From assembly GCA_018883125.1 (NCBI GenBank), contig VEQR01000001.1, positions 1,497 through 65,496 on the forward strand: 64,000 nucleotides of DNA. The letters are read 5' to 3'. This document shows, one piece after another, positions 1 to 10,103 of the stretch. Each line of letters begins with the position of its first letter. Position 1 is the stretch's first letter. The notes under the pieces are model-generated. The model was not told the DNA's origin. It ran no database searches and saw only the letters and a list, made by a program, of their open reading frames with translations. Source of the DNA: Candidatus Kapaibacterium sp. GTDB lineage: Bacteria; Bacteroidota; Ignavibacteria; Kapaibacteriales; Kapaibacteriaceae. The position numbers and the translations under genes are program-made.

Positions 1-881
1 CCGAAGGTGCGGGTCAGGTTGAAGATGATCGGCTCGGCTTCGGCGTTCAGGTTGATGACCTTGGCGTAGCAGCCCCCTTCATAATTGAACACACCATCGT
101 TGCTCCAGCCGTGCTCGTCGTCGCCGATAAGGGCGCGCTCCGGATCCGTCGAGAGCGTGGTCTTGCCTGTTCCGGAGAGACCGAAGAACAAGGCCGTGTC
201 TCCCTCTGGACCAATATTGGCAGAGCAGTGCATGGACATCACGCCGATCTTCGGCATCAGGTAGTTCAGCACGGTGAAGATCGACTTCTTGTTCTCGCCG
301 GCATAGGAGGTGCCGCCGATCAGGACGAGTTTCTGCTTGAAGCTCAGAATGATGAACACCTCGCTGAGCGTTCCGTCGATCTCAGGGATGGACTTGAAGC
401 CCGGCACAGTTACCACCGTGAAGCCCGGCACGAAGTCGGCCAGTTGCTCTGCCGTTGGCTGAATGAACATGTTCTGCACGAACAGCGAGTGATACGCTTC
501 TTCCTGCACAAAACGCACCGGGAGCGCGTATGCCGGGTCTGCTCCGGCGATCAGGTCCTGAACATAGACGTCACGTCCTTGCAGGTAGGCGAACACGCGA
601 CGCTTGAGCGCATCGAACTTGTCCTCGGCAAAGGGTTTGTTTACCTTGCCCCACCAGACGTCGCCTTTGGTGTCCTCTTCCTCGACAACGAACTTGTCGT
701 TTGCCCGGCGTCCGGTGTACGGAACCGAATTGACGCACAATGCCCCATGCTCCGACAGAATTCCTTCTTCATACATCAGCGCCTGCTCCACCAGCTCCGG
801 AGCGGTAAGGTTATAGTGCACATCACCAAGGTTGTGAAGCCCCATATCGTTGAGCTGGTTGTCGAGGGTGTTGCTGCTCAT
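1..881 (-). CDS. pckA: Phosphoenolpyruvate carboxykinase (ATP), N-terminal portion. The gene continues beyond the window start.
   Basis: Minus-strand translation from the ATG at about 879-881 gives [52 protein letters not shown].... The reverse complement of about 160-205 encodes the kinase P-loop [13 protein letters not shown]. The reading frame is open to the window edge, so the ORF track, which lists only ORFs that start and stop inside the window, does not show it. Confidence 0.85.
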   Translation of the reverse strand, partial: MSSNTLDNQLNDMGLHNLGDVHYNLTAPELVEQALMYEEGILSEHGALCVNSVPYTGRRANDKFVVEEEDTKGDVWWGKVNKPFAEDKFDALKRRVFAYLQGRDVYVQDLIAGADPAYALPVRFVQEEAYHSLFVQNMFIQPTAEQLADFVPGFTVVTVPGFKSIPEIDGTLSEVFIILSFKQKLVLIGGTSYAGENKKSIFTVLNYLMPKIGVMSMHCSANIGPEGDTALFFGLSGTGKTTLSTDPERALIGDDEHGWSNDGVFNYEGGCYAKVINLNAEAEPIIFNLTRTF

Positions 882-937
882 GCGAGGAATCTTTCCAAAA
901 GGTTGACAATAGTCGTGCAGGACATGGTGCAAATATC

Positions 938-2158
938 GTGGTTTTCGGCGAAGGAATGCGTATGCGAGAGTATCTGACGTCGGCGACAATCGTCGGCGAC
1001 GTAGAGAACGTGATATCGCACCTTTTCTCGGAAGGGGGCGAGGTATCCGCTTCACTGGTTGACCGGATACGACGTTCTCACGGAAATGCTGAGCAGGCTC
1101 AAATCTTGATAGAACTGGCCCTTGGCACATCGAAAGCTCGTTCGATGGGCAAATACCGTCCGGGCTGGCTCTTTACGCGTCGTATGGCCGAGCAGGCCAC
1201 GCATCCGGTCATCGCCGCCTACCACGCAGAACGCTTTGCAGAGTGCCGGCACGTCGTTGAGATCTGCACTGGCGCCGGTATGGATGCTTTCGCTCTGTCT
1301 GCAGTAGTGCCGCACGTTACCACGTACGAGGCCGATGAGACCACACATGCGATCGTGGCCGGAAACGTCCAACGCAGCGGCATTGCCTCCATTGATCTGC
1401 GATGCCAGCCCTGGCCGTCACCTTTGGACCTGTCCTATGATGGAGTCTGGGCCGACCCGTCGCGCAGAAGCGAGCGCAGGCGGTTGCGTGTGGCTGATGC
1501 GTACGAGCCGCCCCTTTCCAGCATCCCGACAAACGTCTTGTGTGGCATGAAGATTGGTCCCGGCGACGAGCTCAGCCCTGATGCCGAAAGGGAGTTCACC
1601 AGCGAGTACATCGGTTTTGCAGACGAGTGTCGTGAGCGTATTCTGTGGTCAGCCGAAGCCGGCTTGCGCCCCTTGGTGACGCTGCTTGATGGATCGGGTA
1701 CTCGTGATTCGTGGACGCCGCAGGGGACTGCCGAGGCGCAAATCGTGCGCAATGGAGGCTTTCTCATTGAGCCCCACAACGCCGTCATCGCTTCAGGAAG
1801 CGTTGGCGCATTCTTTGTCGAAAAGGGGGCAGGCGTGTTGGACCCACGTATCGGCTATGGAATCGTGGATGAAGAGCCCCCTGCCTCGCTGTGGTATCGG
1901 GCATATCGAGTCGAAGCCATGGAACCGGGCACGTCCGTGCGCCGCATGCAGGATGCCGTACGCCTGCGTGGGTGGGGCAGTGGCACTGTTATCAAAAAGC
2001 GTGGGTGGGATCAGGATCCGGAGCAGGTCAGACGCAAGCTGACGTTCGCCGAGGGTGGTCAGCCTGGTGTGATCATTGTTGCCCGTGTCGGATCTGGACA
2101 CGTTACCATCTACGCTACGGCTTGCGAAGTGCGTCGCGGATCTCGGTCAGAAGCTTGA
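938..2158 (+). CDS. Putative class I SAM-dependent methyltransferase. The start may instead be the downstream Met at about 956.
   Basis: 406-aa ORF with a glycine-rich [16 protein letters not shown] segment that resembles methyltransferase motif I. There is no closer family match by eye. Its 3' end overlaps mscL convergently by about 44 nt. Confidence 0.5.
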   Translation: MVFGEGMRMREYLTSATIVGDVENVISHLFSEGGEVSASLVDRIRRSHGNAEQAQILIELALGTSKARSMGKYRPGWLFTRRMAEQATHPVIAAYHAERFAECRHVVEICTGAGMDAFALSAVVPHVTTYEADETTHAIVAGNVQRSGIASIDLRCQPWPSPLDLSYDGVWADPSRRSERRRLRVADAYEPPLSSIPTNVLCGMKIGPGDELSPDAEREFTSEYIGFADECRERILWSAEAGLRPLVTLLDGSGTRDSWTPQGTAEAQIVRNGGFLIEPHNAVIASGSVGAFFVEKGAGVLDPRIGYGIVDEEPPASLWYRAYRVEAMEPGTSVRRMQDAVRLRGWGSGTVIKKRGWDQDPEQVRRKLTFAEGGQPGVIIVARVGSGHVTIYATACEVRRGSRSEA

Positions 2159-2522
2159 CCTCGTCTGAGGGCTCTGCCGGTGGCGCAGGGGCAGCTTCTT
2201 CCTGGTGCCGCCTCATGGAATTGATTCCCTTAACGACCGCAAACATTGCTGCTGCGATGATAAGAAAATTGATGATCGACTGAATGAACTTGCCCCAGCT
2301 CACCACCACAGCCCCTTTCCCATCGGGTCCGGCAGCTTTGAGCGTGGTGACAATGTCGGAGAAGTTGATCCCGCTCAGGATCATACCCACCGGGGGCATG
2401 ATGATGTCCTGTACAAGCGATGACGTGATAGAGCCGAATGCTCCACCAATGATCACGCCGACGGCGAGATCGACAACGTTGCCTCGAGAGACAAACTCTT
2501 TGAATTCAGTTGTGATGCTCAT
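2115..2522 (-). CDS. mscL: Large-conductance mechanosensitive channel MscL
   Basis: 135 aa. The N-terminus MSITTEFKEFVSRGNVVDLAVGVIIGGAFGSI matches the MscL signature, with two TM helices and a charged C-tail. Confidence 0.9.
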   Translation of the reverse strand: MSITTEFKEFVSRGNVVDLAVGVIIGGAFGSITSSLVQDIIMPPVGMILSGINFSDIVTTLKAAGPDGKGAVVVSWGKFIQSIINFLIIAAAMFAVVKGINSMRRHQEEAAPAPPAEPSDEVKLLTEIRDALRKP

Positions 2523-2889
2523 GCACGAAAGTACGCTCTTTGGTATCGCGTTCCGTGCACCCGCATTGCTGAACCAACTGATTACGTAGCTCCTGGCGCT
2601 GTTTCGGCGTCATATTATCACACCGTGTTTTCACAGATGTGTCAGCCACCTGTTCTCCGCGAATCGGAAGGGGGCGCGCACCGCGCCCAAACTTTACAGC
2701 AAAAATGATCACATAGGCAAAGGCCGTTATGCCAACGCCTTCGAGGAAGCGGAGGGACTCGGCGCCTGCGCGTGATTCCATCATCGTGTTCCAGAGATAG
2801 GTAACGGCGGCCCCATTAACGACCAACAGCCCGCCGATGCTACATACGTACATCATCGTGCGGGCTGTCTTGGTCGTGAGAATCGACAT
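2506..2889 (-). CDS. Hypothetical two-TM membrane protein; possible anti-sigma partner of the upstream ECF sigma factor
   Basis: 127-aa ORF immediately downstream of the ECF sigma gene on the same strand, overlapping the mscL start by 17 nt. It has two hydrophobic helices and no recognisable family. Confidence 0.4.
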   Translation of the reverse strand: MSILTTKTARTMMYVCSIGGLLVVNGAAVTYLWNTMMESRAGAESLRFLEGVGITAFAYVIIFAVKFGRGARPLPIRGEQVADTSVKTRCDNMTPKQRQELRNQLVQQCGCTERDTKERTFVHEHHN

Positions 2890-2899
2890 GTTCAGAGGG

Positions 2900-3454
2900 T
2901 TAGTCGTTGATGTTGTCGTACAACGCCTGGAGCTTCTTGCGAAGGTACAGGACGGCGTACCGCTTCCGAGCCAAGAGGGTGTTAATGTTCACACCGATCT
3001 CTTCGGACATCTCCCTAAACGAAACTCCCTCGAATTCATTTTTGACGAACACGTATTTCTGTTCGGGCGGAAGCTCGTCCAGACCCTCCAGAACGGCCTG
3101 CCAAATCGTTTCGCGCACTAGGTCCTGTTCTGGCGAATAGCTGTAGTCGCCCAGGAATCGCTCGACCGTGTCCATTCCTTCTTCGTGCTGTTCAGCCGTG
3201 CCGAGGTCAGCAAACGTGTCCGTCTTCTTCTTCCGGTAAGAGTCGATGATCCGATTCCGGACGGACGTAAAGACCCACGAAGCCAGGTTGTCAATCGGTT
3301 TGTTGACGTCCTTTGACGCGGCAATGACGTTGGCAAACACGTCTTGCAAGATGTCTTCGGCGTCCTCTTGATTACGGACGCGCTGACGGATGAATCCGAG
3401 ATACTTGTTCCGGTCTGTGCGGAACAGCTGCTCAATCTGCAGTGCGAGATCCAT
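2900..3454 (-). CDS. RNA polymerase ECF-type sigma-70 factor. An alternative upstream start at 3541 would give 213 aa.
   Basis: Region 2 and region 4 features are present: EDILQDVFANVIAA...WVFTSVRNRIIDSYRKK and PEQKYVFVKNEFEGVSFREMSEEIGVNINTLLARKRYAVLYLRKKL. Length is about 184 aa from MDLALQ. Confidence 0.8.
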   Translation of the reverse strand: MDLALQIEQLFRTDRNKYLGFIRQRVRNQEDAEDILQDVFANVIAASKDVNKPIDNLASWVFTSVRNRIIDSYRKKKTDTFADLGTAEQHEEGMDTVERFLGDYSYSPEQDLVRETIWQAVLEGLDELPPEQKYVFVKNEFEGVSFREMSEEIGVNINTLLARKRYAVLYLRKKLQALYDNIND

Positions 3455-3645
3455 AGCACTTCCTCCTTGTGTGGTGATTTCGGTTTTTAGCCGATTCTGG
3501 CGAACGATGCCCGTCTTGCGACGGAATTCAGCGCTGTTCATGGCAACTCCTGCTAAGATGTTGTCGTCAAATCCTGCCAGAATGGCAGATTTACTGTAAA
3601 AACGACGTAGCAGTTATGCCATGTTGTCCTGAATCGGTGTGAAAC

Positions 3646-5304
3646 TCAGCTTTTAGGAGGTAGTGGTAATTCTATGCCAAACTTTCGTGTGTTGGAAATC
3701 GCTCGCTCGTAGCCGGCATCGGCGTGTCGCAAGATGCCCATTAAAGGATCGTAAGTCAATACCCGTGCCAACTTTTCTTCTGCGGCAGAAGTTCCGTCGG
3801 CCACCACAACCATTCCGGCATGCAGGGAAAGCCCCATGCCAACTCCTCCGCCATGGTGAAGCGAAACCCACGTTGCGCCTCCAACAGCATTGAGGGCAAA
3901 GTTCAGATGCACCCAATCAGCTACGGCATCTGACCCGTCCTTCATGGCTTCGGTTTCACGATGGGGCGAGGCAACGCTTCCACAGTCGAGATGATCCCGA
4001 CCGATAACGATCGGTGCCTTGACCTTTCCGTCGCGCACCAGGTCGTTGAAGAGTTTGCCTGCCTTGGCCCGTTCACCGTAGCCAAGCCAGCAGATCCGCG
4101 CCGGCAGACCCTGATAACCAATGTGGTCCTGCGCTTCGCGAATCCACCGGTGAAGCTGCACGTTGTCCGCAAATAACTCCATAATGGCGTCATCGGTTAC
4201 ACGGATATCCTCTGGATCACCAGAAAGTGCTACCCACCGGAATGGCCCCTTACCATCGCAGAACAGTTCGCGAACGAATGCGGGCACAAATCCGGGGAAG
4301 TCGAAGGCGTTGGCAACACCATCGAAGTCGCGCGCGATCCCGCGGATGTTGTTGCCGTAATCGAAGGTTATGGCACCCTTGGACTGAAAGCCCAGCATGG
4401 CGCGGACGTGCGCGCCGATGCTCGCATAGGAGCGCTTGAGGTAATCATCCGGGTTACTGATCCGCAATGCGTCAGCTTCCAGCTTTGTGAGTCCGGCAGG
4501 ATAATACCCGTTGAGCGGATCGTGTGCCGAGGTCTGGTCGGTAACAACATCGGGGATGATCCCACGCTCGAGCAACAGGGGAAGGATCTCGGCCGCGTTG
4601 CCCACAAGGCCAATGGAGATTGGCTCCCGACGCTCCTGATACTCCCTGATAACGGCCAGTGCCTCATCGAGATGGTGCATTTTTCGGTCGCAGTACCCAT
4701 CGCGAATGCGCTTGTCAATTCGCACTTCGTCGATCTCAATACACAGCGCCGCTGCGCCGGCTATTGTTGCGGCAAGGGGCTGAGCACCGCCCATTCCTCC
4801 CAGACCGGCAGTAAGAAGAAAGCGTCCGTTGAGTGTACCGCCAAAGTGCTGACGCGCACATTCGGCAAAGGTTTCATAGGTGCCTTGAACGATCCCTTGC
4901 GTACCGATATAGATCCACGAACCCGCGGTCATCTGACCGTACATCATAAGCCCCATGGCATCGAGCCGACGAAACTCCTCCCATGTGGCCCACTTGGGTA
5001 CAAGGTTGGAATTTGCAATGATCACCCTCGGAGCTCCGGTGTGGGTCTTCACCACGCCAACGGGCTTGCCGCTCTGAACGAGAAGCGTTTCGTCCACCTC
5101 CATCGTGCGTAGTGATTCCAATATTGCCTCGAAGGCCTCCCAATTGCGGGCGGCCTTGCCCAGACCACCATACACGATCAGCTCATCGGGCTTCTCGGCA
5201 TTCTGCGGGTCGAGGTTGTTCTGGATCATTCGATAGGCGGCTTCGATCTCCCAGTTCTTACAGGTAAGCGTCGAGCCGCGAGGAGCAGTGATGGTGCGAG
5301 TCAT
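3646..5304 (-). CDS. hutU: Urocanate hydratase (urocanase)
   Basis: 552 aa with high similarity along its length to HutU, for example [30 protein letters not shown] and [13 protein letters not shown], which are NAD-binding urocanase signatures. Confidence 0.92.
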   Translation of the reverse strand: MTRTITAPRGSTLTCKNWEIEAAYRMIQNNLDPQNAEKPDELIVYGGLGKAARNWEAFEAILESLRTMEVDETLLVQSGKPVGVVKTHTGAPRVIIANSNLVPKWATWEEFRRLDAMGLMMYGQMTAGSWIYIGTQGIVQGTYETFAECARQHFGGTLNGRFLLTAGLGGMGGAQPLAATIAGAAALCIEIDEVRIDKRIRDGYCDRKMHHLDEALAVIREYQERREPISIGLVGNAAEILPLLLERGIIPDVVTDQTSAHDPLNGYYPAGLTKLEADALRISNPDDYLKRSYASIGAHVRAMLGFQSKGAITFDYGNNIRGIARDFDGVANAFDFPGFVPAFVRELFCDGKGPFRWVALSGDPEDIRVTDDAIMELFADNVQLHRWIREAQDHIGYQGLPARICWLGYGERAKAGKLFNDLVRDGKVKAPIVIGRDHLDCGSVASPHRETEAMKDGSDAVADWVHLNFALNAVGGATWVSLHHGGGVGMGLSLHAGMVVVADGTSAAEEKLARVLTYDPLMGILRHADAGYERAISNTRKFGIELPLPPKS

Positions 5305-5310
5305 GGTCGA

Positions 5311-5547
5311 GGAAATTACGGAGGTACGGAATTACGGAATTACGGAATGACGGAATGACTGATGACTGATTACTGATTACTGATGACTGATTACTGGGCG
5401 ATATGGGTTTTGCTCATTTTCATCAGTCGACGGTCATCAGTCATCAGTCATCAGTCATCAGTCATCAGTCATCAGTCATCAGTAATCAGTCATCAGTCAT
5501 CAGTAATCAGTCATCAGTAATCAGTCATCAGTCATCAGTCATCAATC
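5311..5547. repeat. Inverted microsatellite arrays. About 4 copies of GAATTACG (8-mer) plus about 7 copies of ACTGATG/ACTGATT (7-mer) lie on the left, then a roughly 38 bp spacer, then about 17 copies of CATCAGT/AATCAGT in inverse orientation.
   Basis: Read directly from the sequence. The left and right arrays are reverse complements of each other and should form a long imperfect hairpin. The element lies between the mazF 3' end and the hutU start. Confidence 0.9.
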
Positions 5548-5886
5548 TGCAACCAACGTCTTGAGCTTTGCTAACACGTCATTGAGTTGATTTGGTTTCA
5601 GCGAGCCCACTTTTCGAGCGGATCGGGCTTTCCAATCAACACAACGAATCTGGTCGACAAGGATAGCACCATCAAGACCTTGATCGCTGGTGATGCTGAC
5701 TTCAAAGGGGTAGCCTTTGCGAACGCTCGTGATCGGGCAGACGATGGCCAGTCCCGATGCTCGATTGTAGAGTATCGGTGATATCACGACTGCGGGACGC
5801 CGACCGCGCTGCTCGCTACCGAGGGTTGGGTCGAAGCTCAGCAGTACGACGTCACCACGACCCGGAGCTGATGCCATAGCTACCAA
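5542..5886 (-). CDS. mazF: MazF/PemK-family endoribonuclease toxin (type II toxin-antitoxin module)
   Basis: 114 aa. GDVVLLSFDPTLGSEQRGRRPAVVISP...GLAIVCPITS..KGYPFEV closely parallels E. coli MazF (GDLIWVDFDPTKGSEQAGHRPAVVLSP...CLCVPCTT.SKGYPFEV). Confidence 0.88.
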   Translation of the reverse strand: MVAMASAPGRGDVVLLSFDPTLGSEQRGRRPAVVISPILYNRASGLAIVCPITSVRKGYPFEVSITSDQGLDGAILVDQIRCVDWKARSARKVGSLKPNQLNDVLAKLKTLVAD

Positions 5887-6125
5887 ACCTCCTTACCCTG
5901 CGGTCCGTCGAATTCAATGATCTGGTGTCTCGTTTCCGGAGTTATATCCTTGACGAGGTCGACCAACGCATATGGGTCCGGGGTCTCGACTGCGCGTACG
6001 ATCAATTCTCCGTCCTGGAGATGAAGTTCGACCAGGCGATTATCTCCGAGGCCCATCTCATCGATGACGATTTTTGGAATGCGTAATGCCATACTGTTTC
6101 CCCATTTCTGGATACGAGCTTTCAT
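5880..6125 (-). CDS. mazE: MazE-family antitoxin (AbrB/SpoVT-type swapped-hairpin fold)
   Basis: 81 aa. KWGNSMALRIPK...DGELIV...LVKDITPETRHQIIEFDGPQGKEVW parallels E. coli MazE (KRWGNSPAVRIP...DGKLII...[25 protein letters not shown]). Its stop overlaps the mazF start by 7 nt. Confidence 0.85.
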   Translation of the reverse strand: MKARIQKWGNSMALRIPKIVIDEMGLGDNRLVELHLQDGELIVRAVETPDPYALVDLVKDITPETRHQIIEFDGPQGKEVW

Positions 6126-6228
6126 AGAAAGAAAACGTGACAGTTATACATTGTTGATACAAGATAGGGAGCCGCAGCTTATCTGCTTGAAATCAGGATG
6201 ACCGGTGTTTCCGACGATGATCTGAGAG

Positions 6229-6588
6229 CTAGGTATGCGACGACAGCTGATGATCGATATCATCAAGCGTCTGCTGACTCAGGCGCTTGGATTCAAAGAT
6301 CGATCGGAGCATGTCAAACGAATAGATGCCGGTGTCGTGTCCGTCTTTCCACGACGCCTGGATGCCGTAATTGCCAACGGGCGTAAGAGCAGCAATGTCG
6401 TTCATGCCGGGGGCGAGGGTTTTCATGCCGGGGAAAACGATCTGACCCATGATCTGCTCACCGGAGCAGTGGGCGCATGGACAGGCGTCCCGCAGGTCAG
6501 ATAGGAGGATACAGGATTCGAGTCCGTCCGACCAGGTGCTACAGAGCACGGCGGCGTTGCGCCGTTTCAGTGATAAGGGGCGAAGCAT
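6229..6588 (-). CDS. DUF971 family protein (gamma-butyrobetaine hydroxylase-like N-terminal domain). The start is uncertain, and the ORF extends to 6672.
   Basis: WSDG...[13 protein letters not shown]...[24 protein letters not shown] matches the DUF971 signature. It is divergent from asnS. Confidence 0.6.
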   Translation of the reverse strand: MLRPLSLKRRNAAVLCSTWSDGLESCILLSDLRDACPCAHCSGEQIMGQIVFPGMKTLAPGMNDIAALTPVGNYGIQASWKDGHDTGIYSFDMLRSIFESKRLSQQTLDDIDHQLSSHT

Positions 6589-7978
6589 GACGCAAACTTC
6601 GCCAAGTTCTCGCGTATTTTCGCGAATGCAATCGCGATACAAATCCTTTGTTGCCATCGAAGACTTGGCCAATCACATTGGCGAAACCGTCACCCTGAAT
6701 GGTTGGGTGTACGACAAGACCGAGAAGGGCAAGCTCATCTTTATCAAACTCCGCGACGGTAGCGGAATCGTGCAGTGCGTGCTCTTCAAGCCGAACGTCT
6801 CCGAAGAGATTGCGGGCAATGCTCAGCACCTCACGCAGGAGTCCAGCGTGTCGATCACCGGCACGGTTCGTGCGGAACAGCGAGCCCCCTCCGGAGTTGA
6901 GCTTGATGTGACCGATGTGCGCATTTGGCAGGTCTCGAAGGACTACCCGATAACGCCGAAAGAACACGGTGTGGAGTTTCTAATGGAGCACCGCCACCTG
7001 TGGTTGCGTTCTGCGCGTCAGCATGCGATCATGCGCGTGCGCGCTCGGGTGATCAAGGCCATCCGTGATTTCTTTGATGGCAATGGCTTCCGGCTGATGG
7101 ACTCGCCGATCTTTACGCCGAATGCCTGCGAGGGCACATCGACGTTGTTCGAGACGGAGTACTTCGATCTTGGCAAGGCCTACCTCACGCAGTCGGGCCA
7201 GCTCTATGCCGAAGCAAGTGCCATGGCACTTGGCAAGGTCTATACGTTTGGACCGACCTTCCGTGCCGAGAAGTCCAAGACGCGCCGTCACCTGACGGAG
7301 TTTTGGATGGTAGAGCCGGAGATGGCTTACTTTGACATCAATGATGACATGGATCTGGCGGAAGACCTCGTCGAGTATATCGTGCAGTCGGTCCTGAAGG
7401 ACTGTCAGCGCGAACTCGCTACACTTGGCCGCGATGTCTCCAAGCTCGAAGCTGTGCGTCGCCCCTTCTATCGTATGTCCTACACCGAAGCTGTGGACTG
7501 GCTGAATAAGAACGATGTGAAGCTCAATCGCAAGCAGCCCGATGGTTCGGAGATCCAGGTAGACTTCCCGTGGGGCGAAGACTTCGGTGCTCCGCAGGAA
7601 GAAGCTATCATGCAGCAGTTCGACCGTCCGTGCATCATCCACCGCTACCCATCGGAAGTGAAAGCGTTTTACATGAAGCGCGATCCGGAGAACACGAACG
7701 TCGTGCTGGCCATGGATATGCTTGCTCCGGAAGGGGCTGGCGAAATCATCGGCGGCTCGCAGCGGGAAGACAACCACGATCTGCTCCTCGAACGCCTGCG
7801 TCACGAAAACCTTCCCGAGGATGCGTTCCAATGGTACCTCGACCTGCGCAAGTTCGGCTCCGTCCCGCACTCCGGCTTTGGTTTGGGCGTTGAACGGACC
7901 GTGAAGTGGATCACCGGCGCCGAGCATATTCGAGAAGTCATCCCGTTCCCACGGATGATCTATCGGATCGTGCCGTGA
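6587..7978 (+). CDS. asnS: Asparagine--tRNA ligase, with an alternative start at about 6626 (MQSRYKSF)
   Basis: Class IIb aminoacyl-tRNA synthetase with an N-terminal OB anticodon-binding domain ([25 protein letters not shown]) and class II motifs ([25 protein letters not shown]). The high Asn-specific similarity extends along the whole length. Confidence 0.9.
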   Translation: MTQTSPSSRVFSRMQSRYKSFVAIEDLANHIGETVTLNGWVYDKTEKGKLIFIKLRDGSGIVQCVLFKPNVSEEIAGNAQHLTQESSVSITGTVRAEQRAPSGVELDVTDVRIWQVSKDYPITPKEHGVEFLMEHRHLWLRSARQHAIMRVRARVIKAIRDFFDGNGFRLMDSPIFTPNACEGTSTLFETEYFDLGKAYLTQSGQLYAEASAMALGKVYTFGPTFRAEKSKTRRHLTEFWMVEPEMAYFDINDDMDLAEDLVEYIVQSVLKDCQRELATLGRDVSKLEAVRRPFYRMSYTEAVDWLNKNDVKLNRKQPDGSEIQVDFPWGEDFGAPQEEAIMQQFDRPCIIHRYPSEVKAFYMKRDPENTNVVLAMDMLAPEGAGEIIGGSQREDNHDLLLERLRHENLPEDAFQWYLDLRKFGSVPHSGFGLGVERTVKWITGAEHIREVIPFPRMIYRIVP

Positions 7979-7988
7979 GCCGCTGAGC

Positions 7989-8312
7989 GGAATTACTGAA
8001 GTACGGAAGTACGGAAGTACCGAAGTACTGAAGTACGGAAGTACCGAAGTACGGAAGTACCGAAGTACGGAAGTACCGAAGTACGGAAGTACCGAAGTAC
8101 GGAAGTACCGAAGTACAATGGAGTGGCACCATATATGTCGCTTTCGTGGGAATGACAGACAATCACTTGTTTCGGCAGACCCCAATCGAGTGCATCAGTA
8201 CTTCAGTACTTTAGCAATTCAGTACTTCAGTACTTCAGTAATTCAGTACTTCAGTACTTCAGTACTTCAGTAATTCAGTAATTCAGTACTTCAGTAATTC
8301 ACTACTTCACCT
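7989..8312. repeat. Inverted 8-mer microsatellite arrays. About 16 copies of GAAGTACG/GAAGTACC lie on the left, then a roughly 80 bp spacer, then about 14 copies of CAGTACTT/CAGTAATT, which are the reverse-complement units.
   Basis: Read directly from the sequence. The right array runs up to the pepF start codon. Confidence 0.9.
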
Positions 8313-10100
8313 ATGGACACAACCAAGACAAACGGCTCTGAAAACATTTTCTGGGACCTCTCAGATCTTTACGCAACGCTCGATGAGACGGGCCTTGAGG
8401 GCGACCTCGCGCGCATTGGCGATCGCACGAAGGCTTTTCGTGAAAAGTGGCACGGTCGGTTCGCAACTTCCAGCATCGCCGAGTTCATGGAGATGGTTGC
8501 CGAATACGAGCAACTAAACGAGGACTTCGGTCGAATGGGTGCCTTTGCGCATCTGCAATGGTCAACCGACTCGGAAAATGTGGAATACGGCAAGCTGATG
8601 CAGCGTGTTACGGAAACGCTGTCAAAGGCATCGAACGAGATCATCTTCGTTGACACAGAGCTATCGAGCCTTTCTGCCGAGCGCATTGCCGAATTGATGG
8701 CGGCTCCGGAGATGGCCTCGCGCAAGCACTGGCTGGAAGTCGTTATGGACTATAAGCCCCATACCCTCAGCGAAGACGTGGAGCAGGCGCTCAATGCCAA
8801 GTCCGTGACATCGCGCTTTGCTTGGGTTCGTCTTCACGACGAAGTGTCGGGTGCGATGACGTTCTCGTTTCGTGGACAGGAGTACACGATTGCGCAGATG
8901 ACGAAGATGCTCTACGATGGCGATCGCCAGACACGGAAGGAAGCAGCTGAGACGATCTCGGCTGTACTCAAGACAGATGCCAAGATGCATGCCTACGTGT
9001 TCAACACGATCATCGGCGATTGCGAAGTCAATGACCGTTTGCGCTCCTACCCAACGTGGGTTTCAAGCCGCAACCTCTCGAATGAGGTGTCCGATGCATC
9101 CGTTCAGGCCCTCGTCGATGCCGTCGTCTCTCGCTACGATCTGGTTCATCGGTATTTCGCTCTGAAGAAGGGGCTCCTCGGACTTGATAAACTGTATGAC
9201 TATGATCGGTATGCTCCGGTGACCGAAGTATCGGATTTCTGGACGTGGGATCAGGCACGGGCTATCGTGACGGATTCATACATGTCATTCGATAGGCGAG
9301 CAGGCGAGATCGCCTCGATGTTCTTCGAAAAGAACTGGATCCATGCGCCAGTTCGCAAGGGCAAGCGCAGCGGTGCCTACAGCGCGGGTACCATCGCCTC
9401 CGTGCACCCGTATGTGTTCATGAACTACACCGGCACTAGCCGCGATGTGCAGACGCTGGCACACGAGCTTGGCCACGGCGTGCATCAATACCTGTCACGT
9501 CAGCAGGGCCCCCTGCAGATGCACACGCCCCTTACCATCGCCGAAACGGCAAGCGTGTTTGGGGAGATGATCACGTTCAAGAAGATGTATGAGCAGACCA
9601 CGAGCGACGAAGCAAAGCTCGCACTGCTCATGTCCAAGCTCGACGGAATGATCGCAACGGTGTTCCGTCAGGTTGCCCTTAATCGTTTCGAAGAAGCCGT
9701 TCACATTGCACGCCGCACGCAGGGCGAGCTCTCGCTGGATCAGATCAACGAGATCTGGCTCACTACACAGAAGAGCCAATTCGGAGATTCCGTCGAACTC
9801 AGCGATGGCTATGAAGTGTGGTGGTCCTACATCTCGCACTTCATTCACACGCCGGGCTACGTGTACGCCTACGCCTTCGGTGAATTGCTTGTGCTGGCGC
9901 TGTATCAGATCTACCTGCAAAGCCCGGAGACATTCCCCGACAAGTACATCGAGCTCCTCTCGTCAGGGGGCTCTAAGCGTCCGGAAGAACTTCTCGCCCC
10001 CTTCGGACTCGACATTACCAGTCCAACATTCTGGCACAACGGACTGTCGTTTATCGACAGCTTCCTGGGTCAGGCTGAAGCGTTGGCTGGGAAGAAATAG
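8313..10100 (+). CDS. pepF: Oligoendopeptidase F (M3B family metallopeptidase)
   Basis: 595 aa with the zinc motif HELGHGVHQYL (HEXXH) and a downstream Glu ligand region. Overall it resembles PepF. Confidence 0.88.
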   Translation: MDTTKTNGSENIFWDLSDLYATLDETGLEGDLARIGDRTKAFREKWHGRFATSSIAEFMEMVAEYEQLNEDFGRMGAFAHLQWSTDSENVEYGKLMQRVTETLSKASNEIIFVDTELSSLSAERIAELMAAPEMASRKHWLEVVMDYKPHTLSEDVEQALNAKSVTSRFAWVRLHDEVSGAMTFSFRGQEYTIAQMTKMLYDGDRQTRKEAAETISAVLKTDAKMHAYVFNTIIGDCEVNDRLRSYPTWVSSRNLSNEVSDASVQALVDAVVSRYDLVHRYFALKKGLLGLDKLYDYDRYAPVTEVSDFWTWDQARAIVTDSYMSFDRRAGEIASMFFEKNWIHAPVRKGKRSGAYSAGTIASVHPYVFMNYTGTSRDVQTLAHELGHGVHQYLSRQQGPLQMHTPLTIAETASVFGEMITFKKMYEQTTSDEAKLALLMSKLDGMIATVFRQVALNRFEEAVHIARRTQGELSLDQINEIWLTTQKSQFGDSVELSDGYEVWWSYISHFIHTPGYVYAYAFGELLVLALYQIYLQSPETFPDKYIELLSSGGSKRPEELLAPFGLDITSPTFWHNGLSFIDSFLGQAEALAGKK

Positions 10101-10103
10101 CGA

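Noticed and set aside
111-977. 288-aa plus-strand ORF at the window start
   Set aside because: It is antisense to pckA, whose minus-strand reading gives a strong PEP carboxykinase match including the P-loop. It has no family resemblance.
4408-5112. 234-aa plus-strand ORF
   Set aside because: It is antisense to hutU, a very confident call, and has no family features.
6980-8185. 401-aa minus-strand ORF with YFRTSVLPYFGTSVL repeats
   Set aside because: It is antisense to asnS and its repeat peptides are simply the translation of the 8-mer microsatellite at 7989-8117. It is an artefact.
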